Shown piece by piece: positions 8,801 to 18,315 of a DNA stretch of 35,277 nucleotides. The notes below the pieces were generated by a model. It ran no database searches and was not told where the DNA came from. It worked only from the letters and a program-made list of their open reading frames with translations. The first letter of the stretch is position 1; each line of letters begins with the position of its first letter. Source of the stretch: a virus (Duplodnaviria; Heunggongvirae; Uroviricota; Caudoviricetes); the IMG/VR virus record IMGVR_UViG_651053023_000020. One strand, given 5' to 3'. The translations under genes and the position numbers were made by a program.

Positions 8801-9760
8801 GTGCAAAAAAATGGCGATACCTTGTCCGGTGGGCTTACTTTTGAAAATGACTCAATCCTTGCCTGGATTCGAAATACTGACTGGGCGAAGATTGGATTTA
8901 AAAATGATGCCGATGGTGACACTGATTCATACATGTGGTTTGAAACAGGCGACAACGGCAATGAATATTTCAAATGGAGAAGCAAACAAAGCACCACAAC
9001 AAAAGACCTGATGAATCTTAAATGGGATGCTTTGTATGTTCTTGTCAATGCCATTGTAAATGGCGAAGTCATATCAAAATCAGCAAACGGCCTACGTATT
9101 GCTTATGGTAATTACGGATTCTTTATTCGTAATGATGGTTCAAATACATACTTCATGTTGACAAACTCCGGTGACAACATGGGGACTTATAACGGATTAA
9201 GGCCATTATGGATTAATAACGCTACTGGCGCTGTTTCGATGGGGCGTGGCCTTAATGTTTCAGGGGAGACACTTTCAGACCGTTTTGCTATTAACAGCAG
9301 TAATGGTATGTGGATTCAGATGCGCGATAACAACGCTATCTTTGGGAAAAATATAGTTAACACTGATAGCGCTCAGGCGTTACTTCGCCAGAATCACGCC
9401 GACCGAAAGTTCATGATAGGTGGACTGGGGAACAAGCAATTTGGCATCTACATGATTAATAACTCAAGGACAGCCAATGGCACCGATGGTCAGGCGTACA
9501 TGGATAATAACGGGAACTGGCTTTGCGGTGCGCGAGTTATTCCCGGCAATTATGGTAATTTTGACTCACGTTATGTGAGAGATGTCCGACTTGGCACACG
9601 TGTTGTTCAGACTATGCAAAAAGGCGTGATGTATGAGAAATCAGGTCATGCAATTACGGGGCTTGGCATTGTCGGTGAAGTTGATGGCGATGATCCGGCA
9701 GTATTCAGACCAATACAAAAATACATCAATGGCACATGGTATAACGTCGCACAGGTGTAA
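8801..9760 (+). CDS. alternative tail fibre C-terminal (receptor-binding) domain, currently unfused (silent orientation)
   Basis: Frame is open from 8759, just inside the gix site; after inversion it would join the H constant part in frame (..YLGL|QETVNR..). Confidence 0.75.
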   Translation: MQKNGDTLSGGLTFENDSILAWIRNTDWAKIGFKNDADGDTDSYMWFETGDNGNEYFKWRSKQSTTTKDLMNLKWDALYVLVNAIVNGEVISKSANGLRIAYGNYGFFIRNDGSNTYFMLTNSGDNMGTYNGLRPLWINNATGAVSMGRGLNVSGETLSDRFAINSSNGMWIQMRDNNAIFGKNIVNTDSAQALLRQNHADRKFMIGGLGNKQFGIYMINNSRTANGTDGQAYMDNNGNWLCGARVIPGNYGNFDSRYVRDVRLGTRVVQTMQKGVMYEKSGHAITGLGIVGEVDGDDPAVFRPIQKYINGTWYNVAQV

Positions 9761-9763
9761 TTT

Positions 9764-10291
9764 ATGCAGCATTTAAAAAATATTAAGTCTGGAAATCCAA
9801 AAACAAAAGAACAATATCAGCTAACAAAGAATTTTGATGTTATCTGGTTATGGTCCGAAGACGGAAAAAACTGGTATGAGGAAGTGAAAAACTTTCAGCC
9901 AGACACAATAAAGATTGTTTACGATGCAAATAATATTATTGTCGCCATCACCAAAGATGCCTCCACGCTTAACCCTGAAGGTTATAGCGTCGTTGAGGTT
10001 CCTGATATTACAGCTAATCGTCGTGCTGATGATTCCGGTAAGTGGATGTTTAAGGACGGAGCTGTGGTTAAACGGATTTATACGGCAGACGAGCAACAAC
10101 AACAGGCCGAATCACAAAAGGCTGCGTTACTTTCCGAAGCAGAAAACGTTATTCAGCCACTGGAACGCGCTGTCAGGCTGAATATGGCGACGGATGAAGA
10201 GCGCGCACGACTGGAGTCATGGGAACGCTACAGCGTTCTGGTCAGCCGTGTGGATACAACAAAGCCAGAATGGCCACAAAAGCCTGAGTAA
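9764..10291 (+). CDS. tail fibre assembly chaperone, alternative copy
   Basis: 175 aa, N-terminal half about 70% identical to the expressed copy at 10320-10853. Confidence 0.8.
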   Translation: MQHLKNIKSGNPKTKEQYQLTKNFDVIWLWSEDGKNWYEEVKNFQPDTIKIVYDANNIIVAITKDASTLNPEGYSVVEVPDITANRRADDSGKWMFKDGAVVKRIYTADEQQQQAESQKAALLSEAENVIQPLERAVRLNMATDEERARLESWERYSVLVSRVDTTKPEWPQKPE

Positions 10292-10296
10292 AAATT

Positions 10297-10316
10297 AAGG
10301 CCCGATATCGGGCCTT
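10297..10316. terminator. palindromic hairpin between convergent fibre-assembly genes
   Basis: Perfect palindrome AAGGCCCGATATCGGGCCTT at the centre of the invertible segment. Confidence 0.55.
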
Positions 10317-10319
10317 CTC

Positions 10320-10853
10320 TCATTCTGGTTGTTCGGGGAACGTGACTGGCAGGACGGAGGTATCCGTAGACTCTACTTTCTGCGCGTAGAGCAGCCACTC
10401 GGTCAATTTTTGTTTATTCTCAGCAGAAATAATTCCAAGTCGTAGCTGAGAATCCCATAGCTGAGTTTTATCCCTGACGAGTTGTAACAGGTTTTGCTTC
10501 TCATTTTCCGCCTGTTGTCTCTGTTCTTCTTCGGTATATTCCCGCTTTATCACTGCGCCATCTTTGAACATCCAGTTACCCGAAATATCAGCACGGCGAT
10601 TTGCTGTAATATCAGGTAATTCAACGACGCTTGCGCCTTCTGGATTAATTGCTGAAACATCCTTTTCAATACAAATAATAACGCCGTTATGGTCATAGAC
10701 CATTTTCAACGTATCAGACTGGAAATTCTTTTGTTCCTCATACCAGTTTTTTCCATCCTCTGTATAAAGCCATTTGATGTTAAATCGCTTTGTTAGCTGG
10801 TATTGCTCCACTGTTTTAGGATTGCCAGCAGTAATATTTTTTAAGTGCATCAT
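10320..10853 (-). CDS. G: tail fibre assembly chaperone (gpG-like), expressed orientation
   Basis: 177-aa ORF immediately downstream of H, start overlaps H stop. Confidence 0.85.
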   Translation of the reverse strand: MMHLKNITAGNPKTVEQYQLTKRFNIKWLYTEDGKNWYEEQKNFQSDTLKMVYDHNGVIICIEKDVSAINPEGASVVELPDITANRRADISGNWMFKDGAVIKREYTEEEQRQQAENEKQNLLQLVRDKTQLWDSQLRLGIISAENKQKLTEWLLYAQKVESTDTSVLPVTFPEQPE

Positions 10854-10855
10854 AA

Positions 10856-12832
10856 TTAAATACTCCCCACGTTATACCAAGTCCCATTAATGCAATACTG
10901 AATTGGCCTTGCCTGAGTTGTATCAATTAGTTCATCTCTATTTGAGTTAACGGAACCGGTAACAACATAACCTGACTTATCAGACCAACCAGGTCCATTC
11001 CATGTCTGAACAGATGATAGGCCTCCTAAACGGACGCCTGTAATAAATCGTGAATTACATTCTGCTTTGGTATATGCACCAATATCTCCTGCTGATGGTT
11101 TGTGAGCGGTTGTATATAGTTGCGCCCATCCAGACCAATTAGCATCTGCTGTATCTCGTCGGGAGCGAATATATGCCGGAGCATGACCGCCGCTGGTCCC
11201 ACTCCACCCAATAAATAACTCTCCTTCGCCAACTGCCGCTACACCAGTAAGATGAAGAACGTTACCATAAGCAAAAGGATATCCATTTTTGTACGCTTCA
11301 TACATTTGGATACCTGGCGTACCCTTTGCGCTCCCACTTAATGCTGTAACACGGTTTCGGGATACTAACGTATTAATATTTATATCACTGGAACCATCAA
11401 ATTTAACGCCATTAATATTTCTTGCTGTTTTTAGCTTTGTTGCAGTAGCGGCATTGCCGGACAGCTCCCCAGAAAGGCCACCGCTGAATGTTTGTCGATT
11501 GGTCCAGGTATTCGCTGTACTGAGTAACGGTATTTTTTCCCCGCTTGTGCCGAGTTCTCGTAAACCGAGGTATTCGATAACGGCAGCAACGGTCGATTTC
11601 GCAAGAATATCCCGCCCGACTTTTGTCAGGGTTGCCAGGCTGGCGACATCATTCCCCGTAAAATACGGAAACTTGTCTGCCGCAGTAGCAAGCCCGGCCA
11701 GCGCCGTCAGGGTGGCATCTTTCGGTTGCTTACCCGCAAGCGCGTTAGTCATGGTGGTCGCAAAATTCGGGTCGTTTCCCAGCGCCGCCGCTAACTCGTT
11801 CAGCGTATTCAGTGCGTCAGGTGACGAATCTACAAGGGCGGCAATCGCAGCCATAACGAAAGCCGTGCTTGCGATTTGGGTATTATTCGTTCCCTGTCGC
11901 GCAGTTGGCGTTGTTGGCGTTCCGGTCAACGCAGGACTGTTTAAGGGCGCTTTCTTGTTCGTTTCATCCATTACCGCCTTAACCGCTTTCGATGTCGCGG
12001 CCAGTGTTTCAGACGTGCTGTTGGTGGCACTACTGAGCTGGACTATCCCTTTTTGTGCCGTCGTGGCGTCCTGAGCGGTATATTTTGCGTTAGCAAGGTC
12101 ATACGCGGCCTTTACTGCTTTCGGCGTTGCAGCCTGCGTTTCAGACGTGCTGTTGGTGGCGCTACTGAGCTGGACAAGGCCTTTTCGCGCTGTAGTGGCG
12201 TCCTGTGCGGTATATTTCCCGTTAGCAAGGTCATAGGCTGCCTTGACCGCTTTCGGCGTTGCGGCCAGTGCTTCAGACGTGCTGTTGGTGGCGCTACTGA
12301 GTTGAACAAAGCCTTTTGCGGTCAGCGAGGCGTCCGGGTGACGTCGTGACTGTTCGTGCTCTGAGATTTTGTCATCCACATATTTGCGGGTTGCCAGAAC
12401 CACAGACGGGTCGATTTTCAGCGTGATGGCTTCGGTGTTCGTGACAACCAGAATCATGCGGATAGTCTGGGTGCGTCCACTGCCTTCCTGCAACTGCGGT
12501 TTGTACGTTTCCGGGCAGTTCGCCACCGCAATGAGTACGCCTTCATCATCATAAAGCCCAATCTCACGGATCCAGAATCCTCCCTCGTTTTCAGGGATAA
12601 TTTGCTCCGCAATAATCTGGCTCTGATTGTTAGGGTCAACGCTCAGAAGATTCAGCGGTGCAATGCGTTTCTGGTTAATCAGTTTTGTCTGTGCCGGGTC
12701 TGGTGTCGGTAATACACCATTCGCATCACCAACGGCCATTTGCGTCAGATTCAGCTTACTGCCGAGCATCGTCGCGTTAGCCAGTCGTGCCGCGCCCTGA
12801 TTAGTCAGAATGGCGTAGTATTTCACTGTCAT
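10856..12832 (-). CDS. H: tail fibre protein gpH (constant N-terminal part plus currently fused variable C-terminal part)
   Basis: 658 aa; N-terminus resembles P2 gpH; gix-like site lies inside the coding region at 11555-11580. Confidence 0.9.
   Translation of the reverse strand: MTVKYYAILTNQGAARLANATMLGSKLNLTQMAVGDANGVLPTPDPAQTKLINQKRIAPLNLLSVDPNNQSQIIAEQIIPENEGGFWIREIGLYDDEGVLIAVANCPETYKPQLQEGSGRTQTIRMILVVTNTEAITLKIDPSVVLATRKYVDDKISEHEQSRRHPDASLTAKGFVQLSSATNSTSEALAATPKAVKAAYDLANGKYTAQDATTARKGLVQLSSATNSTSETQAATPKAVKAAYDLANAKYTAQDATTAQKGIVQLSSATNSTSETLAATSKAVKAVMDETNKKAPLNSPALTGTPTTPTARQGTNNTQIASTAFVMAAIAALVDSSPDALNTLNELAAALGNDPNFATTMTNALAGKQPKDATLTALAGLATAADKFPYFTGNDVASLATLTKVGRDILAKSTVAAVIEYLGLRELGTSGEKIPLLSTANTWTNRQTFSGGLSGELSGNAATATKLKTARNINGVKFDGSSDININTLVSRNRVTALSGSAKGTPGIQMYEAYKNGYPFAYGNVLHLTGVAAVGEGELFIGWSGTSGGHAPAYIRSRRDTADANWSGWAQLYTTAHKPSAGDIGAYTKAECNSRFITGVRLGGLSSVQTWNGPGWSDKSGYVVTGSVNSNRDELIDTTQARPIQYCINGTWYNVGSI
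11555..11580. other. gix-like 26-bp crossover site (right boundary, inside H)
   Basis: TTCTCGTAAACCGAGGTATTCGATAA, 22/26 match to reverse complement of the 8751-8776 site; central dinucleotide GA. Confidence 0.8.
11985..12360. repeat. three tandem repeats of about 126 bp inside H (42-aa fibre repeat VQLSSATNSTSE...KYTAQDATTA)
   Basis: Repeated ttcagacgtgctgttggtggcgctactgag... at roughly 12008, 12134 and 12264; approximate extent. Confidence 0.7.
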
Positions 12833-13437
12833 GCGTTTACTCTCAGGTTATCAATTAAATGAATGACCGAGGCCGGGAAATAATCCCCTCCGACAATAAT
12901 TGCCTCCGGGGTGTAGGGATAAACCGTCAGGGCGTCACCGTGATAGCATCCCGTACCAACGAAAATATTTCCGTTCACACTCAGGCTGATCGCCAGCCCT
13001 GTCAGATGGCGACTTACTGGTTTTGCATCCGCAATAAGGCGCTCAAGTTCCTGATACATTTCATCGGTGATGCCCTGATCAAGTACTCCGACAACAATGC
13101 GAAATGTTCCCGGCTCCTCGTTGAGTTGCCACCACTCCTTTACTTCAATCAGGTAGCCGAGAGGCTCTACGGCTCTTCGCAGTGCGCTGATGGTCCCTTT
13201 GTGTCGGTGTATCAGCCATGCATCACGAATCACCTGTCGCTTTGTCTCTTCCGGCCAGTTGCGATCCCAGCGGTCAACGGAAAATGCCCAGGCGAGATAA
13301 GGCAGCAGATGCACCGGGCATGTGTCCGGCGACCACAGCGTGTTGAGGTCTACCGGAATGTCTGTAATGCGTGTTCCGACGGCTTCGGCACAACGCATGA
13401 AACTGCTGGCTGATGGTGGTAACAGTGAATTACTCAT
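12829..13437 (-). CDS. I: baseplate protein gpI
   Basis: Position between J and H and recall of P2 gpI; start at ATG 13437 overlapping J stop. Confidence 0.8.
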   Translation of the reverse strand: MSNSLLPPSASSFMRCAEAVGTRITDIPVDLNTLWSPDTCPVHLLPYLAWAFSVDRWDRNWPEETKRQVIRDAWLIHRHKGTISALRRAVEPLGYLIEVKEWWQLNEEPGTFRIVVGVLDQGITDEMYQELERLIADAKPVSRHLTGLAISLSVNGNIFVGTGCYHGDALTVYPYTPEAIIVGGDYFPASVIHLIDNLRVNA

Positions 13438-14326
13438 TGCGCCCACCTTCGCTGATGGTGAATGACTCACAGCGCGCCGCCTGTATGTCGCTGATGGCCA
13501 TATTCTGTGTGGGTTCGATTATCTCCACGCGTTGCACACCGTGCACATGCAGTGCGGCAGCAATGGCGGACAACGCCACGTCCTGACCGATAAGCCCCTG
13601 CTCAGCCAGCCACTTCCTGAACGACGATTCAGCCGCAGCCAGAATAGGTTCGGATTCCGGGCCGGGGTAAAAGTACAGTTTTGCATTCAGCCGCCATGTC
13701 ACGATGCTGGCGCTCTGTACGGTCAGGCGGTCGGCCACCGGGCGGGTATCCTCTGCATTCAGAACGGCGCGAACGGTATTAAGCAACGCCTCCGTTGCTG
13801 TGCCGTCGCCTTCAGTGGACAGGATGGAAACCGTCACATTTGCCGGAGACGGACTGATAGCCCGCGCATCACGCACCAGACCGCTGGCGCTGCGGGCAAA
13901 ATACTCGTATGCACCTGACGGGCCAGCAACACTCAGGCCGTCATACGCCCGCTGCGCCCGCAGTCTCAGCGAGGTGTCGCTTTCCATCACCGCGTCGGTG
14001 GTATCCGTTGCCGGAGTGATAACCAGGCGCTTTGTGTTCATATTGCCCGCGAGGTTGTCCAGGTCTGCCCCGGCGCTGTGGCTTAGCATGCAGGCGCGTG
14101 CACCCTCATTGACCCGCTGGCGTAACAGCATTTCACGAAACGCTGTTGTCTGGGCGATAACGTTCAGGGGTTCCGATTCCAGCTCCAGCGCGGCGGAAAC
14201 GGCTTCACGCTGTTCGGCGGGATAAGCCGCAATCATCATGGCCTTTGTGTCAGCCAGAATTGCCTCAAAGTCAGGCTCCGCGATGATGGCGGGGTCCGGT
14301 AACTGTGAAAGGTCAACGGCGGGCAT
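13430..14326 (-). CDS. J: baseplate assembly protein gpJ
   Basis: 298-aa ORF, family recall plus position between W and I. Confidence 0.85.
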   Translation of the reverse strand: MPAVDLSQLPDPAIIAEPDFEAILADTKAMMIAAYPAEQREAVSAALELESEPLNVIAQTTAFREMLLRQRVNEGARACMLSHSAGADLDNLAGNMNTKRLVITPATDTTDAVMESDTSLRLRAQRAYDGLSVAGPSGAYEYFARSASGLVRDARAISPSPANVTVSILSTEGDGTATEALLNTVRAVLNAEDTRPVADRLTVQSASIVTWRLNAKLYFYPGPESEPILAAAESSFRKWLAEQGLIGQDVALSAIAAALHVHGVQRVEIIEPTQNMAISDIQAARCESFTISEGGRNE

Positions 14327-14329
14327 GAT

Positions 14330-14680
14330 TTACTCCCTCAGCGTGATGGTTAATTCAACATTCTGCATGGTCTGCATGACAGTGCCCGACAGCGTCACCC
14401 CGGCGCGGCCTCCCGCTTTCCAGACAACGTCGATGGCATCCAGGGCAATGCGGGGTTCCCATCGTGTCAGCGCAATCACGGCAGCACTCATGCATTGCAG
14501 ACGCGTGGTGTTATTCATGGGTTCGTCAATCAAATCAGGCACAAGGCTGCCATATTCCCGTCGCATAACCCGGCTTGCCAGTGGGGTGGTCAGGATGTCC
14601 CTGACTGACTGTTTCAGGTGCTCCATATCGTTCAGGTTTCCCGTTCCGTCCGGGTTCATTCCTGTGTAGCGGGTTGTCAC
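14330..14680 (-). CDS. W: baseplate protein gpW (gp25-like)
   Basis: About 115 aa; track start is GTG 14680 overlapping V stop, alternative ATG at 14659. Confidence 0.8.
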   Translation of the reverse strand: MTTRYTGMNPDGTGNLNDMEHLKQSVRDILTTPLASRVMRREYGSLVPDLIDEPMNNTTRLQCMSAAVIALTRWEPRIALDAIDVVWKAGGRAGVTLSGTVMQTMQNVELTITLRE

Positions 14681-15258
14681 TGCGGGCCTCCTGTCGAATC
14701 GCTGCCACCTTTCACGCCACCGTGTTTATGCGTATGCACGGTAATGCCGTTTGAGGTGAAATCGCCGCCGCTGTGCGTGATATTGCCGCTCATCTTTCCC
14801 CCTTTTGTGACGTCAAGCGTCGCCGTTCTCAGAAGGTTTGTGCATTCCACGACGGGCGTGTCCAGTGTCACGCTGACGGATGCCTGTAAAGTGGCCGTTT
14901 TCATGCCGCTGGCGCTCAGTGCGCCTGCGTCCGCGTCGTAGCGGAACACCGCGCCGTCCGGCGCGCTGATCACGATTTCTTTCAGGCTTTTGCCGGGGGC
15001 CGGATTGGCATCACTCCACAGGCTGCCAATTATCATGGCGGTTTCCGGGTTGCCGCCAATGCAGGCAATTACCACCTGTTCGCCTGGTGATGGCGGCAGC
15101 CACACATTGAAGGCTCCCGCGCGCGTGGTGTTCCAGCGCAACCAGCCTGTCTCCAGTTCGCCGCTGCGAACGCGCACGCGCCAGGACTTCTCATCAACTT
15201 CAGAGATGATCCCGGTGCGGATGATATTGCTCAGCAGTCGCATGAGTTCTGCGCTCAC
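14677..15258 (-). CDS. V: baseplate spike protein gpV
   Basis: 193 aa resembling P2 gpV (..IRTGII.E.D...R.RV..G...T.WL.W). Confidence 0.85.
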   Translation of the reverse strand: MSAELMRLLSNIIRTGIISEVDEKSWRVRVRSGELETGWLRWNTTRAGAFNVWLPPSPGEQVVIACIGGNPETAMIIGSLWSDANPAPGKSLKEIVISAPDGAVFRYDADAGALSASGMKTATLQASVSVTLDTPVVECTNLLRTATLDVTKGGKMSGNITHSGGDFTSNGITVHTHKHGGVKGGSDSTGGPQ

Positions 15259-15890
15259 CGTACAGCCTCCGCAATCCGGCCCAGCACCGTGTTATAAATC
15301 AGGCGTTCATCTGCCTGACTGATGCCCAACAGCTCACGTACCGGGTAATCGGTGAAAATGCCCGGCGCAACCTGATCGCGCTCACCGAACTGATGAACGC
15401 GTGCAATACGTGCAGCCACGCCGCTGTAACCCACCGTCACACCGGAAGTATCCGCACGGGCTTTCAGGTAGCGGGCGGTGCGCAGTTTTACGAACATGGG
15501 GACGCGCTTTGTGCTGTCCTGGTTGATGCGCCGGGTGCGTATTTCCAGAAAGCGGTCGATGTCATCCCGGTAAAACGTGCGGATGTTGTTTTTATCCTCA
15601 TCCCACCCGGTGATGGTTCGCCCGTATTTCCCCGTGTCGTGATGCCAGTTTTTCAGCGTGCGTGCTTCGTTATTCCAGATAAAGCGAATGCGTTCCTGTA
15701 TCCGGGTTACGCGGCGTCTGCGTGGTGCCCATGCGGTCCCGTCCGGCGCTTTCTGTGACCGGATACGTGCCTGCTGGGTGCGACGTAAATCCTGTGCCAG
15801 CTTTCTGGCGATGTTATTGATGGCCTGCTGATTCAGGCTGTCGCGGATGGCCTCAAAGGTTTCATCCACGCGGGTGAATGCCTTATCCAT
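15255..15890 (-). CDS. S: tail completion / virion morphogenesis protein (gpS-like)
   Basis: Position between R and V; start placed at ATG 15890 overlapping R 3' end; family assignment by position and weak recall. Confidence 0.6.
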   Translation of the reverse strand: MDKAFTRVDETFEAIRDSLNQQAINNIARKLAQDLRRTQQARIRSQKAPDGTAWAPRRRRVTRIQERIRFIWNNEARTLKNWHHDTGKYGRTITGWDEDKNNIRTFYRDDIDRFLEIRTRRINQDSTKRVPMFVKLRTARYLKARADTSGVTVGYSGVAARIARVHQFGERDQVAPGIFTDYPVRELLGISQADERLIYNTVLGRIAEAVR

Positions 15891-16350
15891 CGCTTTCACC
15901 CCACGTCACATCCTGGAATACATGCGACCAGTCGCCTTCGGAAGATGGCAGGCGGGGTTTTGGCTCCGGCAGGTGTTCTGCCTGCGGTGTGCCCTGACTG
16001 CTGCGCGTGATGCGAACGCGTTCCCGCAAGGGGAGCGTAAACAGGAGATCGGCGCTGTCATCGTCATTGATAACGGCGGAGAATTTGATGTCCTGATTAC
16101 GCTCAGGGTTGAGCAACAACTGTGGCTGATTTTGGGATAACCACGCCAGCAGCGGCAGCGTGAGGTCATCCAGCTCCCCGGCGTAATCCATGACAAACAT
16201 CACCATCTGATAGCGGTAAACAAACGATGGGGTTTCTCCGGTCGTTTCAATGTTGCCGCTCTCCACGAAAATGGTGAATTTTTCCGGGTTGGCCTGACAC
16301 CATCGGCATGAACGGGTCATGGCTTCACGCAGGGAATCAGTTTTCAGCAT
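15883..16350 (-). CDS. R: tail completion protein gpR
   Basis: 155 aa, N-terminus MLKTDSLR and LLAWL..NQP motif resemble P2 gpR. Confidence 0.8.
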   Translation of the reverse strand: MLKTDSLREAMTRSCRWCQANPEKFTIFVESGNIETTGETPSFVYRYQMVMFVMDYAGELDDLTLPLLAWLSQNQPQLLLNPERNQDIKFSAVINDDDSADLLFTLPLRERVRITRSSQGTPQAEHLPEPKPRLPSSEGDWSHVFQDVTWGESDG

Positions 16351-16627
16351 GGTTGTTATCCTCGTTGTTCAGTCGTTGCAGCCTGCGCTGTTCCAGTAAT
16401 TCAATGGCCCGTTTATCCGCGTTACAGGTTTCCAGTGCATCCAGAAGGCGGTCGCCCCATATACCGAGATTTCCCCATGTGGGAGTATCAGGGAAGGGGG
16501 GAGGCGTTACCGGTATGGTCAGCGTCTGCGGTATAAGCCGGACTGACGGCGCTGGCCGTGGCGCGTTCTGCGTGCCTGCGCAGCCTGTCAGTAAAACGAG
16601 CGTCAGGCAAAGCGTGGGCGCATTCAT
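16337..16627 (-). CDS. lysC: outer-membrane spanin lipoprotein (LysC/Rz1-like), overlapping LysB in another frame
   Basis: Signal peptide with LLTGC lipobox, Pro-rich mature part; start overlaps the 3' end of the LysB gene. Confidence 0.65.
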   Translation of the reverse strand: MNAPTLCLTLVLLTGCAGTQNAPRPAPSVRLIPQTLTIPVTPPPFPDTPTWGNLGIWGDRLLDALETCNADKRAIELLEQRRLQRLNNEDNNHAEN

Positions 16628-16895
16628 CTTTTGCAATATCGTTGCGTAGCTGTTCACGTCTGACCTCTCCGTCCTGATTTCGCTGTTGATTTTCCACGCG
16701 GAGTTGCGCCAGTACCTGCTGCATATCCTGCACCCCGGTGCTGATGATATTCAGGGTGTCGACGGTACTTTTCAGGGTGCTGGCCTGCGCTTCGTTTCTG
16801 GCGTTCTCCCGGCCCAGCGACCACGACAGACGCATGGATGTTCCCCATCCGGCAATCAGAAGGAAAGCGACGCCAAGCGTGGGCCAGAGCTTCAT
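16488..16895 (-). CDS. lysB: inner-membrane spanin (LysB/Rz-like)
   Basis: N-terminal TM segment MKLWPTLGVAFLLIAGWG followed by coiled-coil-like region; start overlaps endolysin stop. Confidence 0.65.
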   Translation of the reverse strand: MKLWPTLGVAFLLIAGWGTSMRLSWSLGRENARNEAQASTLKSTVDTLNIISTGVQDMQQVLAQLRVENQQRNQDGEVRREQLRNDIAKDECAHALPDARFTDRLRRHAERATASAVSPAYTADADHTGNASPLP

Positions 16896-17284
16896 GCCGG
16901 ATAGGCTCCGTGTGGTAACTGAAAATGCGGTCCGTCTTTCAGGGTCTTCCAGTCGCCGCCCCATTCCACCGGAATATTCAGTTCCCGGCTGGCCTGTCTG
17001 AATGCGGTTGCGATTTTTTCGTACAGCGGCCATTCCCATGACACCTGGCTGCCGATATAAGCCACAACATCCACGGCATGCCCCGTAAGGTGGCGGCTGT
17101 TCATGGTCTGGCTCTTACCCGTGGCCACCAGTTGCTTCTGGCGGTAACGGCTGCGCAACCCTTCGGTGATACCAAAATCCACTTCCGAGATTTCCAGTGC
17201 CCGTCGGGTCACTTTCACCAGATCAGGATTTACGCCCTGCAAATTCTTTTCGCTCCGGCTGCTGAATTTAAATGTGTTGCTCAT
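16892..17284 (-). CDS. endolysin, peptidase M15-type (L-Ala-D-Glu endopeptidase-like)
   Basis: 130 aa with SRHLTGHAVDV metal-binding-type motif typical of M15 peptidases; sits in lysis cassette. Confidence 0.7.
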   Translation of the reverse strand: MSNTFKFSSRSEKNLQGVNPDLVKVTRRALEISEVDFGITEGLRSRYRQKQLVATGKSQTMNSRHLTGHAVDVVAYIGSQVSWEWPLYEKIATAFRQASRELNIPVEWGGDWKTLKDGPHFQLPHGAYPA

Positions 17285-17619
17285 TCGTCCTTCTCCTTCA
17301 CCCTGCGATTAAAGGCCGCAATAACCTTGTCGCGTGCTTTCTCTGCACCCATAAAACCGATTGATGCGCCGATAAACGTCACGGCATCTTCAGGAAACCC
17401 GAAGAAGCGCAACGACCCGGCCACGGCCATGGCAAGAACGCCGCACGCCAGCGATCCCGTTACGGTCTGAACCAGTGTTCGTCCGTCATAAAGACTCATC
17501 AGCGCGGAAATGCTGACCGCCGCGCCTACTGCATACACCGTTGGCAGGTGGTCAAAGAGCCACGCAATAACCTGCTCTGTGATCCCTGTTTGAATGGTGC
17601 TCACTGCTACTTCCCCCAC
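17281..17619 (-). CDS. putative holin
   Basis: 112 aa with three hydrophobic segments and charged C-terminus, immediately upstream of endolysin; GTG start. Confidence 0.55.
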   Translation of the reverse strand: MGEVAVSTIQTGITEQVIAWLFDHLPTVYAVGAAVSISALMSLYDGRTLVQTVTGSLACGVLAMAVAGSLRFFGFPEDAVTFIGASIGFMGAEKARDKVIAAFNRRVKEKDE

Positions 17620-17807
17620 AACTGAATCATTTCTCGTTTCTTCTTCTCCGGCTCCGGCATCTCAACTTCCTGCCCGGCGTCCAGAAATACCTGCTGACAG
17701 AGTCCGGGGTTGGCATCCAGCACCTTTTCGGTGACGCCCTGCGTCGTGCCGTAGTACCGGAAACAGAGCGAATCCACGGTGTCGCCTTCCAGTGCCTTCA
17801 CTTTCAT
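17607..17807 (-). CDS. X: tail protein gpX (LysM-like)
   Basis: About 66 aa starting MKVKALEGDTVD..YYG...GV.E.VL.ANPGL, pattern of P2 gpX. Confidence 0.8.
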   Translation of the reverse strand: MKVKALEGDTVDSLCFRYYGTTQGVTEKVLDANPGLCQQVFLDAGQEVEMPEPEKKKREMIQLWGK

Positions 17808-18310
17808 CAGCACAACTCCGCAAAGATTCGCGGGCGGCACAGAATGTCAGAGATGGCCCAGCTCACATCACGCCACAAATCCGATGTCTGTATATCCAGA
17901 GCGTCCGCCCGGCGGTCGCCCTTGTCCGTTGTGTCTGCATCACGATAACGCTCCAGAATCAGGGCGCGCGTGGCGGTATAAACAGCATTGCGCCAGTGCC
18001 AGAGATTGACGCTTTCTCCGTTAATTACGGGTGCCGGAACATCGGCCAGCGTCTGATGGCCAGCTGCCTGCTGTTCCTGCTGCCATGCTTCCAGCTCGCG
18101 GGTAACGTGTGCCACAGCCCCGGTGGCAGTATGCAGCAGGCGGGAGGTGGTCACGCGGCCCGGCAGTCGTACCGCCAGACGCAGCTCGCGCAGCACAATA
18201 TCCGGCCAGAATGCACCCGCTGAAATGCGGGTATCGCCATCATCGGTATCGGTGATGTCGTCCTCTGCGGGTCTGGGTTCAGTTCTGGCAACCATACTCA
18301 TGGGGTTCAC
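17807..18310 (-). CDS. L: head completion / stabilisation protein gpL
   Basis: 167 aa, position between M and X and family recall. Confidence 0.8.
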   Translation of the reverse strand: MNPMSMVARTEPRPAEDDITDTDDGDTRISAGAFWPDIVLRELRLAVRLPGRVTTSRLLHTATGAVAHVTRELEAWQQEQQAAGHQTLADVPAPVINGESVNLWHWRNAVYTATRALILERYRDADTTDKGDRRADALDIQTSDLWRDVSWAISDILCRPRIFAELC

Positions 18311-18315
18311 TCCTG

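Larger units (their letters stand above)
8751..11580. other. invertible tail-fibre (G-segment-like) host-range cassette
   Basis: Two inverted 26-bp gix-like sites (22/26 match) bracket two convergent fibre-tip plus chaperone gene pairs; invertase gene adjacent. Confidence 0.8.

Noticed and set aside
11289-12074. 261-aa plus-strand ORF inside tail fibre gene H (and 12053-12349)
   Set aside because: Antisense/alternate frame through the H tandem repeats; low-complexity; H itself is strongly supported.
11985-12360. Possible CRISPR-like repeat array
   Set aside because: Repeats are in-frame coding tandem repeats of the tail fibre with no unique spacers; no CRISPR arrays seen anywhere in the window.
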